64,000 nucleotides of DNA. Origin: Vicugna vicugna (taxonomy: Eukaryota). The translations under genes were made by a program, and so were the position numbers. The notes beneath the pieces are model-generated. The model worked only from the letters and a program-made list of their open reading frames with translations, had not been told where the DNA came from and did no database searches. The DNA lies in NCBI GenBank assembly GCA_013265495.1, contig MU057989.1, positions 1,381,513 through 1,445,512 of the forward strand, written 5' to 3'. Shown here piece by piece: positions 12,870 to 26,450 of the stretch (position 1 is the stretch's first letter; every line of letters begins with the position of its first letter).

Positions 12870-13070
12870 GTAGTTCAGACCCAGCTCCACCCCTTTCCAG
12901 CTGTGTGACCTCACTGAGCCTCAGTTTCCTCATTCGTAAATAGGGGTAATCATGCCCACCTCTCAGAGTTGGAGCAGTTTTAAAATAAAGAGTGTATGCA
13001 AATGCCTAGAGCAGTAGCTTGAGGCCTAGCACACAAGAACGCTGAATAAACGGCACCTGCTTTGTCATCA
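12870..13070 (+). mobile_element. MIR SINE
   Basis: Core gctgtgtgacct...ctgagcctcagtttcctcattcgtaaatagggg. Confidence 0.8.
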
Positions 13071-14749
13071 TTCATTATGAATAACTTCCAATAGGAAGGA
13101 AAACAAAACAGGCACTGATGCCTCTGCCCTGACAGCTTCTGCTCCCACACCAGCAAGGACCCTGGTGTGCAAGCCCCACAGGACTCGGAGGACGTGTAAT
13201 CAAACCCAGCCTGAGTGCACTGGCCCAGCAGTTCGCTACGGCTCGGCCAAGCTGAGGCCAGCCGCTCCGTGGACCCCAAGACAACTTCTGGAAGGGAAGA
13301 GATACTAGTGATCCTCACAAACGGCCATCTCTCCTGCCAGGCGGCTGCCCGGAAGGACACTCTGTCCAGACCCTGTGTGATCACTGAGACTCTGGCGGCA
13401 GCAGCTGCAGGGCCGAGGTTCTCAGGGCCAGGCCGGGCTTGCCTGCACACTGCCTGCCCAGAGGAGGTCCCCCCACCTCTTCAGCAGCCATGGCACCAAG
13501 ATGCCAGCTGGCCTCAGAGGGGCTCCTTTGTCCCCAGGAAGCAGGTTCCAGGCATCTGGCCAGAAGGGCTTTGGGCTTTGCCGGGGAAACTGAAAGGCAG
13601 CCTTCCGCCTTGCCCACAGTCTCCCATCTGCTGAACCAAGGAGGCACCCACTGCTCCGTGAGGGGTGGAGGCCCAGTGTGAAAGCTAAATGCCCTGCTGG
13701 GTGCCCTGGGTCTCCAGGGGCCTCCCAGAGGACAGGGGAAGGGGAGCACACTCAGCCCCTGCTGGGCGTGCAAGCCCTTCCCAGGAGGCCTGGCCCACAC
13801 ATCCGTCCCCACCCCACCTGCCCACTGTAAGAACTGAGACATGGATATGGATAAGCCATGAAGGACCAGGCAGTGTGAGGTGTCCTTATGACTGGGGGCT
13901 TATTCACCAGGGATGGCCGGTGACTCCCTGGGCAATGCAACGTACCATCCTGTTCTATGTCCCCAGGGGCAGGCAAAGGCCCTTGAAGGGGGATGGTGCT
14001 TCCTCTGGGAATAACAATGGTCAGTTCATGCCGTTCACTGTGTAGCACCCACTCTGTGCTGGGCACAGGCTGGGAAGTGGCCCACACATTGTCCCAGTCA
14101 GAGTGAGAGGCTCGGTCCCTGCCCTCCATAAGTTTACATGAAGTGGTGGAGACAGGCATTAGATACATACCAAAAAGCACCAAACGTAATGACACAGTGT
14201 GACCAGTGGTGTACAAGAAAGTCCACTGTGAAAGTACAGAAAGATAGACCCATTCCGGGATCAGGCAACATCTCTCCAGCAAGGTGGTGGGCGGGAGGGG
14301 AGGTGGAATCAATGAGACCAGCAGGCAAAAGAGAGAACGGGGACAGTGGCCGGACAATGAGTCACGAGGTCTAAGGAAAGAGGCTGCGCCTGCTGTGTGT
14401 GAGCAGACAGCAGCCTGGAGCCTCAGGACTGCTTCAAAGGCACAGCATGTAGGGCTGCCCTGCACTGCACAGACCTCGGATCCCCACAGAGGACCTGGGC
14501 CATTAGGCAGGGTGAGGACCACAAGCCAGGCAGCCCACAGCCCCAGCACAGCAGCACCCCAGCCCCTCTCCTCTGAGCAGTGCCCCACCGCCTCAGCCTT
14601 CAGGAACAAAGGCACCAGCTTCCTTCCTGGACCAGCAGTAAAATTTGGAGAGTGCCACCGACAGATTGTGTGACCCTGTATAATCTCTCCAGGCCTCAGT
14701 TTCCGCGTCTGAACCACTATTTTTATTCAGAGCATCAGTGTCTTTGCTA

Positions 14750-15118
14750 AGATGTTCTCAGCCCTTCTTGTAGTTGTGTCACCATGTGACTAAGTTCCAG
14801 CCAAAGAGTCACCGGCAGAGTGAAGTATGTTCTTATGGGAAGGCGCCAGAAGGGAGCTGCCTCGGCCAGGAGATGGACCCTCATCCCGTCTGCTGGCAGG
14901 AACATGGATGCAGCAGCCCCAGCAGCCATGCTTGACCCTGAGCTGACTTTGGGAACAGAAGCTGTGCTAAAGACAACTGAAGGTGCTCAGGCCCCAGATG
15001 AGCAAGGAGATACCATTCTAGACTGAAATGACGACCTTCCATATCTTCCAGCGAAACAGAAACAAACATTTTACTTGGTTACTCTGGGTTTCTTAGTAAA
15101 TGCAGCCAGATCTAATCT
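14750..15118. mobile_element. MaLR LTR (MLT1-type)
   Basis: ccatgtgactaagttccagccaa...cagccatgcttgaccctgag...aaatgcagcc. Confidence 0.6.
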
Positions 15119-18100
15119 CAATATCAAAGAGAAACGGAAGAGTTGGTTTTCCAGCAATTCTTAAATCCACTGTAGCCACAATCTACTTGTGATTGGTAAA
15201 TTTCCAGTTAGTTATTAACAAGGAAGAAAAACAAATACCATTAAAAATAAAGTGTTCCTTGGGCACCAGAGTATGTAAACAAGTGGTCATAACCGAAAAG
15301 CTCCCATTATGACTTTCCAATGCCTTGGCTTCCTATAGCTCACACGGCCTCCACCAGCGTGGAAATCCCGAATTCGGCCCCTGTTCCACTGTCCTTACCG
15401 ATGGAGGCGGGACAAGAGAGACAATCCCTCCCTCAGAGAGCATAACTGGTGGCTGTGAACCATTTCTTTATTTTTACACTTGAACATGGGTGTATCTGAT
15501 GCCTTGGGAATTCCAAACACTTCAAAACAAGCTGAAGACATGGAAAGGACCAGAAAGCGAACTGGTTTTCCCATCTGTCTGCTCTCCTCCCATCCAGCCC
15601 GGCACACTCCTCCTTGATGAGTGCCATGGCTGAACAGAGCTGATAAATCAGCCTAAGCCGATGGCCCCAAATATCGTCTCCCATGACCTTCCAGGGGAGG
15701 CGTGAGCCCTGATGTCACAGGCCAAGCTGGAAGGGCAGAATCCTCACCCACTAGGGCCCAGGCACCAGGACCCACCCATGAAGTCACGGATGAAGAGCAC
15801 GCAGCTCAGAGCCTGTCACATAGTGTTCAACAAACAAATAATTGTTTGGATTACTTGTATTTATGGAGAAGTAAGCAGAGCATGGGAAAATACACAAGAA
15901 AACAGACAAGAGAGAACCCACTGGTTGCACTTAATCAAAAGCAAAATCAAAAGGCAGACAGGACTCAAAGAATGGTTGGTTCTAAGCTAAAAAGTAGTCA
16001 GACTTCTAGGAACTGTGATGAGGACAATAAAAAATGCACAGTTTACATCCTGTTGATTTCCTGTCAAGGCCTTGGTAAACCACTGACTCCCTGTGACAGT
16101 GTCAACCGCACACGGGCCGCAGCAGAGCGGCTCACATAACTTTTCTGGAGGAGAATCTCATTACGTGAACATTCTTTTTACCATGTTAATTCCATTTTGA
16201 GGCATCTGTCCTAGAAAGAAGTGAAGGCATGAGCAAAGATTCACATGCAAAAATGTTGATATGTATCAATGTCTTGATGTTCAACCAAAAGGGACCAGTC
16301 ACCCATCTGGTTAACATATACAATGTAACTATACTCACCCCCTCAAAATAATATAGATCTATTTTTAATTCACATAGAAAGATGGACTTGATAGAGCACC
16401 AAGTGAAGAAGGAACAATCCTCAGGTAGACGTGTATGCTGACTTGTATGTTACACACCAAATGTTAAGGGTGGTCTTTTCTGGATAGTGAGACTTTGGAT
16501 TATTTGTTTATACATACACAGAAACTTTTTACCTCTGTGTAGTTTCTAGTTTTTCTAGAGTGGGCAGCATCTCTGGTTAGTTCCTTCCTCAAAATACTCA
16601 TTATAACTGTGTTAAATTTATGTGTACCATCCAGAAAGGTTACCTCTGACTGTAACCTAATTCTGTCTGTAGGGAAAGAAACACTCCAAGGAGCAAAACT
16701 GAGGACCAGGCTGCTTCTCTCTCATGAGTTGGTGCGGCCTTTACCTCAGCCTTGTAGGAATTTGGTAGCATGGGTCAGTTCTCCATACCAAATCACCTCC
16801 CAGAGCTCCAGTAAAATTGAGGGTCTAGACCTGTGAATTTGGAACATCAGGGCCCTCCAAGGTATTCTGGCCTTGGAGATCCTGCCTGGAGAGCCAGCAG
16901 GAGGTCACCTGGCAGAGGAGGGCACGTGAGAAAATCCCAATAGACACATGACAAAACAGACTGATGGTGTTACAGGGCTGGCTCGAGGCCACTAGCTGGA
17001 GCCAGCGCTGGGAGCACAGGTCTCCTCCCACCCTCTGAGCTGCCTCCCAGGCAGGACAGGGCTCAGGAGCTTGGTTTCTGCATGTTCTACTGTTGGCACA
17101 GAAGAAGGAAGTACAGGCAAGAGGGGGACGAGGAGAAAGGAAGAAAGATGCAGCTGCAACCACGAGTGAATAAACAAGTCATCTGCACCTGCTGGGCAGG
17201 CAGGGCTGGGTAACCAAGAGGCTGACTAATTTTAGAAATGTGATGAGCCTAAAGAACCATCACTTAGGCAGTCAAAGAAAAAGTCCTTACCTCTGCTTTC
17301 AATGAGCTGACACAAAACAGATAGTATTTGGATTGACTCTGTTTTAATCAGTTACCTGAGATCAAGACATACCGTTCGGATCCAGGAAAAAAGCAAGAGG
17401 CCCATAAGTGCAGTCAAGCCATATGGCCCCTATAAGGTCCCATCCAGCTGTTAAGAGTCTTAGTTTGAACACAAATGCCTGCTGGCCTCGCTGGCCCAGG
17501 AAAAGAGCTCAGCCTGCAGCCAGGCCTTGCCCAAGTCCCCCCTTTCTGGGGGTAGGGAGCCTCTATGCTCCCAGGGGAACAGCTCTGCCTTTCTGCCGTG
17601 TATGCTGAGTTCCCCTATGTTTCGCCTCATCCTCCCTCAGAACCGTGAGAGGGTGGCTCTGCATCATCTAAGTCCTTCGTATTACAGGCAGTCTCCTGAT
17701 TCTTTTACACTAAGTACTGCTGGGTGAAGAACATTAGTTGCAGTCAGCCCACTGTGGCATGCTTCCAGAGGTCACCTGGATGGAATCAGTGAAAAGAAAA
17801 AAGCCAAATACCAGCAGACACGTAGCAGACTAGTCATTTTTCCTGGAGTGAGACCTCACCCCCGTTGCAATGGCTGGATTTTGCCGTAAACACCCTTTTA
17901 AAGGACACACAGCAAGAAGACGTGTTACCGGACTAATGAAAAAACCCAAGAACACAGAACAGTCCAGGGACACACTCTCCAGTGGAAACATCCTTGTAGC
18001 AAGGGGCGCTCAGAAGACCCGCACTGATGGTCAAAAGGACCATGACCGGGACACGATGTCCACAAAGAAGATAGGAGGAGAGGGAAAAGTGCTCTGGGAA

Positions 18101-19059
18101 ATGTGAGTTGGGAACTAATCTAATGAGCGTTTGAAACTATCTTCCATGAAATTTAACTGAATTCGTATCACTTGAAACGGATATCTGACCTGAGAGCTGA
18201 CTCATGCCAGCTGGGACAGGAGAATTATTTTGGATCTTCTCTTTGAGGAAATGGGGGCTCATGTTACATCTGGGGTTGTCTTACTTCTGGTCATGTGTGT
18301 ATTTATTTCTCTATGAATCACACATCTAGAGACTACCTTTCAGGCCAGAAGTGTCTTTAGGGAGCACAAAGCCCATGGTGCCACGGTGTCAGCTGACACA
18401 CATCTGGCCTTCAAACGTTACTAAGCACCCACGAAGGCAGGCCCGGGTGCAGCGCCAGTGGTAAGGGAGGGCAAGATGACAGTGCCCGCCCCTGGCTGCT
18501 CCCTGACTGGGAGCCCAGCCCCGCTGCTCAGAGAAGAGCTGTGACTCGGGCCAGCGCTTCTCCTACGGTGCCCAGCTCAGCCCTGTTTCTTCTCACATTC
18601 TCCAAAATGTTTCTCAAAATTTGTTACAGCAGGGTCTTCAACCCCCAACAGAGTGCTTCACATGGTGGAATTCCATTGTGTGAGTTTACGTGGATTTCAC
18701 TGCTCAAAACAAAGAGAAATGAGTGAACTGAGCTGACGGGTCCCTGCTTTTCTCCTGGTGCGGGCGGGGCTTGGGAGGGGACAGAACCAGGGTTCCTCCG
18801 TGCCTCCCCTAGTGTCTGCACTCCCAGCTCTCAGGCAGCTCGAGGTCTTCACTGAGCATCAGGACCATGAGGTCTCTGCTCCACCAGCTACTTCAGACCC
18901 CAACCACTGGGGAATTCAACTCTGTGTTCAAATCTGTATTCCCCATCCTAGGGAGAAACGGAGCACACACTGACCATGGTCCCTACACCTGGGGACTTGG
19001 GGACTTTACCAGCCGTGAGAAAGATGGGACAGCTGAAACACAGACCCAGTACGTGATTT

Positions 19060-19510
19060 TATTCAACACATAAATACCTAGCACACACTATGTATGAGGC
19101 ACTTCCTTAGGCCCTAAAGATGTGGGAAACAGCCGTTTTAATGTCACATTCTAGTGGGGGAGGGGCTGTACAACACAGAAACAGGTAAAATACTAGAACA
19201 TTAGACAGTGATGCAGGCCACGGAGGAGCAAGGAGCAGGGAAGGGAGGGCTGTGGAGCTGCAATTCTATGCAGAAAAGACTTCTCTGAGCAGGGAACATT
19301 CAGGCAAAGACAGGATGGAGGTGAGGAGAGTGACATGTACACAGCTGTGGAAAAGTTCCAGGCAAAGAGAGGTTACGTGCCCACATGGCCCGCAGCCAGG
19401 CAGGTGGCTGGGGCAGAGTAGGCGCCAGGACTGCGAGGAGCTGAGGGCAGAGAGGCGGGGCGGTGTGTGGAGACGGGCCAGGCCCTCCGACCACTGAAGG
19501 ATGTCCATTT
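19060..19510. mobile_element. L2 fragment
   Basis: attcaacacataaatacctagcacacactatgtatgaggcact followed by a purine-rich L2 body. Confidence 0.6.
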
Positions 19511-22500
19511 TCATGCCAAGAGAGATGGAGAGCTTCCTGCACTATGCCTGGCATGCTAACTAATATGGCTCCCCAAGAGTCCTGACATCCACAGGTGGCT
19601 GCTGGAGGTGGGGAACCCTACAGTACGTGGCCCCCACCTCCACAGCAGGCACGGGTGCTTTTTGGCCAGTTTGACTGGGACCATAGAGAAATGGGTCACT
19701 GTGTGGTCCACACACTCCCCAGGCAAAGCAGGTAGACTTGTAATCCAAGCTTACCTACACCTGGACAGGAACTGAGGCCTGAGCCTTGGGCGGTACAGAA
19801 TGCCCTGGAGTCCCAGAGCTGAAAGTGAGCAACACAGAATTCTTCTAGTTCTAGGATTGGCCAGTTTTATTCAGCAGAGCCATCACTATCCAAGTTTGTT
19901 TATTCTTTCTTTCAAGTAACAATCTGTTGTGAAAAAATTTAAGATTCCTGGCTCCTTAATTCAGCCAACATTTCACGGGCCCAGGTCACTCTTCTCCCTG
20001 GTCCCCGTCTGCAGGGAGCTGCAGATCCAGCCAGGAAGCTAGCTAACACTTGAGAAAAACTTACAAAAGATACTCAGCAAAACTCAAATGAGAATCGTGA
20101 GAGCAGGTGCTCCAGGTTGAGAGAAGTGGCTGTCTGTGGGTGGGGGTGACAGGAGTGCTTTAGGGACCAGGTGAGCCCTAGGAAGGCCCCCCAAGGAGGC
20201 AGGCAGAGGTTCCAAGACTGGAGCAACAGAGTCACTAAGAGCGAGGGGGAAATAATTGTGGTCAAGGGTCCAGCCAGCAGCTCTGGGAGGACAGGGATGG
20301 TGTTTGGAGCCAGTCTCTCCACAGCCCCAGACAGCACATCAAATGTCAGGGGACCAGGTGGATGGTAACATAGCTCGGCGGATACTCCCCAGCCCACAGG
20401 CCCTGCTTCAGTTAGCAGAACCCTGGTTGCCAAGACGGATGTCTAAGAGGTGTTCCAGATTTGTCTCTGCCCCTTAAACCCTGAACTGTCAGCAAGCCTG
20501 GCTAATGCCATGGTTCAAAAGCTCTCAGATCCACTATCTCACCTACTGGTCAAGATTTAAGGGGAAAAGTCTGGACTTGGCCCCATGTTCCAGCTCTCTC
20601 TACCACACTCCACACCAGCCGCCCTAGACTGTAACTTGCCCTTTTCCAAATAAATCAAACCTGGTCGCCATCAAAGAACCTTTCCACAGACCCTTCCCTC
20701 AGCTTCCAAACCCTCTTTCCAGCAAACCAGAGCCTTTCCTGTAATTCCTGGCAGAAGAATCCTTTGTCCCTCACCTGTCTCCCCACTGGAGGATACTGGC
20801 CTCTCCCACTCCTGTCCCTAGGTCCCTGCTCAGTCCTGGGCTCAGACCCTAAGCAAGTCTGCAAGGAAGGGCTTCCTATGCTACTGCTAACCAAATGCCC
20901 ACCATCCAACGCCACGGCGCCAGAACACAGCACCAGCCAAGATGGAGCGCACTGGCTCCTGGATGAGAGGGCCAAAAACCCAGATGGGAAAAAGGCCCTT
21001 TCTTGAGTCACTGTCAGCTCCATGGAGCAGTGTTCACAAGGGGGCCAGGGGAGCCCCCACTTCCCTCAGCCTCCTCCCCTTCGGCCCTCACTGTCTCAGG
21101 GCTCTGCATTATCTAGCAACCTTGGGCAAGTCACTTGGTACTCTGGCTGCTTCCTCAGCCGGGAGACACGTGCCCGAGCTCTCCCTGCAGAGCTCACACC
21201 GCCTGCAATGACAAAACACAGCTGAAAGCTCAGCTGGGGGGTACACAGCTCACACAAAGGGCACACCCTGCAAATGGGATTTCATTCCCTACCGCTTCCC
21301 CAATCTGTAAGGCTACTGCTCTTAATGTTAATGAGAACTATGACAACATTTCATTTCTTCCTCCACCTTCCCTGGCCTTTGTTTCTCCTTGAAGGAAAAA
21401 CACAGACACTAGACTAGATCTGAATTCAGGCTGCAACAACACTTACTGAACACATTATATCCAGCATATTCACAGTTTTTACTGGACCCTCATGATACCT
21501 CCTGTGGTAACAATCAGCGGTGCTGGATCGCCCAGTGGACAGACCACACACGGTACCCAGAGACCAGGAGCACTAAAAAGGCGATGAGAAATGTTTTCCG
21601 GGAAAATGATCCAACACCACCAAAAAACACATCACAAACACTTTCGTGGAAAGAATCAGAACGTCACTGGACTCCCCACCCTGCACGGCATGGTTTAGAC
21701 TGCCTCTAACATCAGGGGACTAGTCTTTTCAGCACTTACAGCAGACACAGGTCCTCATCCGGCCTGGGTGCTGCTCTTCACTTATCAGAGATGTAGCAAG
21801 TGAGGCTGTGGGAGGGCAAATGCCTTGTCACACAGCTCAGAAGTGACAGAAAGACCTCCAGCGTGATCTATGGAGTTTAGACAGTACTGGTCCCAGAACC
21901 CCAGTGTTGTCACCAGAGCCTAATGACTCAGAGGAGAGGCCATGGGTCCACAGGCTCAGAGTCAACAAGACCTGCATCTCCTTGGGTGGGTGGCCCTTTC
22001 AGGGGGAGAGGCTCTGCCTGCCACAGGTCCCAGGCCAGGCACCCCCCTGTCCTCTGCAGCACTAAGTTTCACTGCAGCCCCTACCACCTCTAGGGGAGAT
22101 GTGTCTGGAAGAGTCCTGACCATGCAAAGACGGAAGGTCTTTGTGGGATCCTAGAAACCAGCACATTTCCATTCCGTGCACTTGACTTCCAAGTCCCTCT
22201 TTGAGGGCACAATAAACCTCATGTCACCACTGCCAGCCTGGCTCTCCTCCCCACTAAGGGCCACGTTCTCTGCAGAGCTCACAATGCATGCTGCCTTCTC
22301 ACTGGCACAACTGCCTTCCTCCACATCTAAGATGCCACGACTTTTAACTGCCACACTTCCCTGACTTTGTCCGAGATGAATAAAAACATGTCCATGCCCC
22401 TTGGATAGTGTTTCTGAAAATGAAGACAAATTTTCACAGGACCTGTCACTTCTCTCCCTCTGAGACTACTGGGAGGGTTGGTGTCTGTGGCTACGGAACA

Positions 22501-23385
22501 AAGCACCTGGGACCAAGGGACTCAGAGCTTGTTAACTGGGCTACACAGCCCTGTGCCCCTGGAGCTCTAGAAAACACACCGAACCAGTAGGTTCAAACGG
22601 GCAAGCAGAACGTGTAAAGAGGAGAAACGGCATACAAACTTGATGACTTACATCAATTCCTACCAACGATCTGCTGGGGCAACCTGGCCATCGGGGCACA
22701 TTCCATTAGCTCCCCCTCAAAACAACCCTGCTCTTTTAAGTATTACCCTACATCACACAGTCCACGTTTTCGCTCTTAGGGTGGTTCTAGAACCATGGCC
22801 TGCTGTTCTCAAATCTTTATAAGAGCACATGTAAAGCTCTTTCTTGGTTCCAGAGGCCCATCCTATGGAAAAACCTCCAAATGCCTGAGCTCCTCAGGGA
22901 TGGAAGACAGAGAGAATGACTTTTCAAATAACCAGGCTTCTCCTAGTTAAAAAACAGTAAGAATTCTAAGATTTTACTTAATTATATGCACATTTAGCTA
23001 TTTGGGAGGGAAATGGACATGTCTACAATTAACTTTGACATAACAACAAACAAAAACATAAGATGGACTGCTGAATGGTTAGACTTGTGATAAAGTACAA
23101 TAAAATGCTAGACATTCTAGATGGTGTTCTACGTGTGTTTGCTGTAAAATTTCTTCAACTTTTCTGTATGTTTGAAATTCTTCATAATTAAACGTCAAGC
23201 AAAGGGCAAGGCAGAGCTGGCATGCCTCTCCCCACCCAACTCTTAAGTCAGCCCAGAGGAAGAAACAAAACACCACAGAGAGATGTCACACTTGCCAGGC
23301 ACTGTCTTGCCCAGGAGCCCACAGAACACATACAAAACCGGTATAAGTGCTATGCCCCGGGTCCTCCACTCTCCTCACTCTAAGA

Positions 23386-23570
23386 CAAAGGTTCTCAACC
23401 CCAAATGTGCTTGAGAACCACCTGGGGAACTTATTAAACAGAGTCTTGGGGCACATCCCATAACTGCAACATCTGAACCTCTAGGGGTGGGTCCCCAGAA
23501 TCTGCCCTTTTAACGAGGGCCCCAGTGACTCTGATGCAGGGGATCGTAGGCCCACCCTGGAGAAACCTAC
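23386..23570. mobile_element. MER5A-type hAT MITE
   Basis: ggttctcaacc...gaatctgcccttttaac...gactctgatgcagg...ccctggagaaac. Confidence 0.7.
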
Positions 23571-23749
23571 AGTCGCTTGCTCCTTACCTGACACCTGTTG
23601 AGAGGTCTCCTGGGAACATTTAGAGGAAAACAGAACCACACATACTCTTAAACAAGTCAAGTGCCCAAACCCGGGCTCGCAAGACGCCGTGGGTTCAACC
23701 ACACCAAGGTCCTCGAAGGCATGAGGCGGGGCCCAAAGCCAGGCCAGGT

Positions 23750-24960
23750 CACTGCCTCCATACCCGGAGCCGGCGGCGCAGATTTACAGATGCAGGCGAG
23801 CCGGGATGGGCGGGGGAGGGAGAGCCGCGCGGGGTCCCTCGGGCCTGCCAAGGTCATCACGGAGCTCAGCAGGGGCTTCGTGATCGCCGGGACCCTCCTC
23901 CCGACCCCCTCTCCTTGAGGAAACAGCCCCCTTGGAAAACTGGGGATGCTATTCCCCCAATGTTCCCTGCAGAGGCTGTGTAAAGTGTGACAAGTGGGAC
24001 CCGAGGAGCCGGCAGCCCCCGGGGCAGCAAGCCCGGCGCCCGCCTGGGCCTGGTTAGCTGTCACCGCAGCCCCGCGGGTGGCCGGCCAACCCAGCGACCG
24101 TACGACGTCAAAACCCCAAGGGCAGCTCTGGATCGCATCAGTGTCCTGGGAGGAGGCGACCGGCCCGCTGCGCCGCCGCCGGGGTCCATTTACCTCGTGA
24201 GGCCGGGCGCCTCAGGCCGAGCGAACGCCAACACAGCCGGGGATACAGACGCACGGAGGACAGGACCCTCAGCCCCGCGGGGCTTTGCGCGCACGCCGCC
24301 CCCAGCGACCGCCCAAAGGCCTCTGGGAGACGTAGTCCGTCTGGGCGCCCGCGACGCGCTCTGCGGGCCAACGAGACCACAGTGCCCGGCGTGCACCGCG
24401 CGGCGCCACGGGCGGGGGCGGGGAGGGGGCTTCGCGGTCCGAGGTCGTCCCCCTCCCCCCGAGGGCCGCGAACGCCCAGCCCTGCTCCGGGGTTTTTGTT
24501 AGGGTGGCTGCGGGTTCCGTCCGCGGGAAGCCGTCTCGAATGGCCGAGGCGACTCACCGTCCCCGCGGCACCTGCGGCCGCAGTAGCAAGAACGGCCTCC
24601 TCTGCAGCTCGCAGTCGCGCGTCTGTCAGAAGGAGGCGAGTAGGCTTTCGAGCAGGGCCGAGGCCTGTGGCGTCACGGCGACGGGCAGGGCCGTGAGGTC
24701 CGCGCCGGGGCGGGGACTCGAGGAGGCACGTGACGAGCCCCGGTGACGTCAGGGGCGCGGAAGCGCTTCGGGCCCGGCGAGGCACGTGGGAGGGCCCAGG
24801 GTCTTTTTGTCGCGTGGGGAAGTGGCTGGAAGATAAGGGGAGGCCCTGTGAAGCCCTCCCTCAGGGCCCGCCAGCACCGCGGCCTCCACTCCTTCCTTCC
24901 TTCCGGGCGCGTTTGTTCAGTTACTCCACAGACCTTTACGGAATTTAGGTGCTGTGCGTT
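23750..24960. promoter_or_regulatory. CDIP1: CpG island / CDIP1 promoter
   Basis: Very high GC and CpG density. GC box 24707-24715, E-boxes CACGTG 24727-24732 and 24783-24788, full CRE TGACGTCA 24744-24751, ETS CGGAAG 24758-24763. Confidence 0.9.
24558..24700 (-). other. CDIP1: CDIP1 first (non-coding) exon
   Basis: Strong donor ACG|GTGAGT at 24558/24557 inside the CpG island, just downstream of a promoter motif cluster; TSS position approximate. Confidence 0.7.
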
Positions 24961-25004
24961 ATGCGGACAGACCCAGATGGGAAAGATTTTAATTGCCTGA
25001 TGTG

Positions 25005-25472
25005 GAGGTTACAAGCGGAGTTAAATAAGACAACATTCTGTTTTCTCCTTTCAGCCCTCATGCTGTTAACAGGTGTCGTTGGGTATTTTTAATGCCATGT
25101 TGTTGGCATTTGTGTGCTTTAGTTGATTTTGCTGTTTAAAATGGCCCTCAGACATAATTCTGAAGCTCTGTCCAGTGTTCTTGAGCGCAGGAAGGGTGCG
25201 ATGTGCCTTATAGAGACGATACCTGTGTAGATAAACTGTGCAGGCGTGAGTTACAGTGTTACTGTTATTGAACCAAGGATATATGTTAAACAAGGCGTTA
25301 TAAAATACAAACACTCAATACATGGTTATGTATCAATCATTTGTGATCAGTGGCTGACAGGAGCCTTAACCTCCATTTCCCCTAGGAGCAGTAGTTGGGG
25401 GTATTCACACCAATTCAGTGTTTTCAGTGACTTTATAGAATATAACTACCACTTACAATGAGAGTCAACTGT
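25005..25472 (-). mobile_element. Tigger-family element (MER82-like), partial
   Basis: Terminal ...gactttatagaatataactaccac...gagtcaactg followed by TA; internal cccctaggagca motif. Confidence 0.7.
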
Positions 25473-25569
25473 ATATGATTCAACTGACATTTTAAAGAAT
25501 CATTCTGATTGCTGTGTGGAGCATGGTTTAGATCAAGAGAAGCAATTTGGAAGCTGGGAGACCAGCACA

Positions 25570-25850
25570 CATGCAATTTTAAAGTTTCTACTAATCATGT
25601 TAAAAAGGTAAAAAGAAAACAGATGAGATTAATTTTAGTAATTAACCCAATATATGCAGAGTATTACTGTTCCAATATTTAATCAATGTAAAAAATCATC
25701 AGTGAGTTTTTTATGTTCTTTTTACCACACCAAGTCTTTGAAATCCAGTGTGCACTTTATCCTTATAGGACATCTCAATTTGGACTGGCACATCTCCTAG
25801 GCTCAATAGCCACATGCGACTTGTGGCTACTGTATTGGACAGTGCAGATA
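25570..25850. mobile_element. MER33-like hAT element
   Basis: ctcaatagccacatgcgacttgtggctactgtattggacagtgcag. Confidence 0.75.
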
Positions 25851-25859
25851 TGGAACGTT

Positions 25860-26450
25860 CATTCATTTACTCATTCAACCAAGCAAGATCCTATTCTAGG
25901 CCTGGAAATATACAGAATGGAATAAAGCCCAATCTCTGTTCTCAAAATGCACACAGTCCAGCTAGAGAGACTAATAGAATAGATTGTGTTGCAGACTGTA
26001 AAGCAAAGCACTTTGAGAGGTCAGGGATGGAGCACCCAGACAAGGAGAGCTTCGGAGAGGAGATAGACATTGACATTGGGACTTGAAGGATGTGTAGGAG
26101 GTCCCCAGGTGAAAGAAGTGAGGAAGGGTACTCCAAGCTGAGAGAACTGCTAATGCAAAGTCCCAGAATGACAGTGTCTCTGGGGAAATCCAAGCAGTTC
26201 TTTGTGGCTGGATTGTAGAGTATGAAATGGGAGGGTGCTGCATGAAGAAAAATGGGGGTTTTATAGACCAGTCTGTGGAATGTAGAACTTGTCCTGTTCA
26301 ATAGTGATGGAGAGTGGTGAGAATTTTAAGCTGAGCGATGTGACTGGATCAGTACTTGAGACAGATCATTCCGGCAGTGTGGAAGGACTGGAAATTGGAG
26401 GCAGGAAGTCTCATTATGAAGGAAAGGGGCTCTAGGATGAATCCAGAGGA
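25860..26450. mobile_element. L2 fragment
   Basis: ttcattcatttactcattcaa tail and the typical L2 body. Confidence 0.65.

Noticed and set aside
13752..14717. 321-aa minus-strand ORF
   Set aside because: Starts in a MIR fragment (RKLRP), includes L2/MIR-like text, shows no recognisable domain and lies in CDIP1 intron 1
6650..23240. p53 response element for CDIP1
   Set aside because: Only isolated half-sites were seen by eye (e.g. GGACTTGTCT 6654-6663, GGGCTTGCCT ~13435, AAACATGTCC 22384-22393), with no convincing paired decamer. A PWM scan would be needed.
23987..24785. Several overlapping 100-215 aa Arg/Pro/Ala-rich ORFs
   Set aside because: Expected stop-codon depletion in a CpG island
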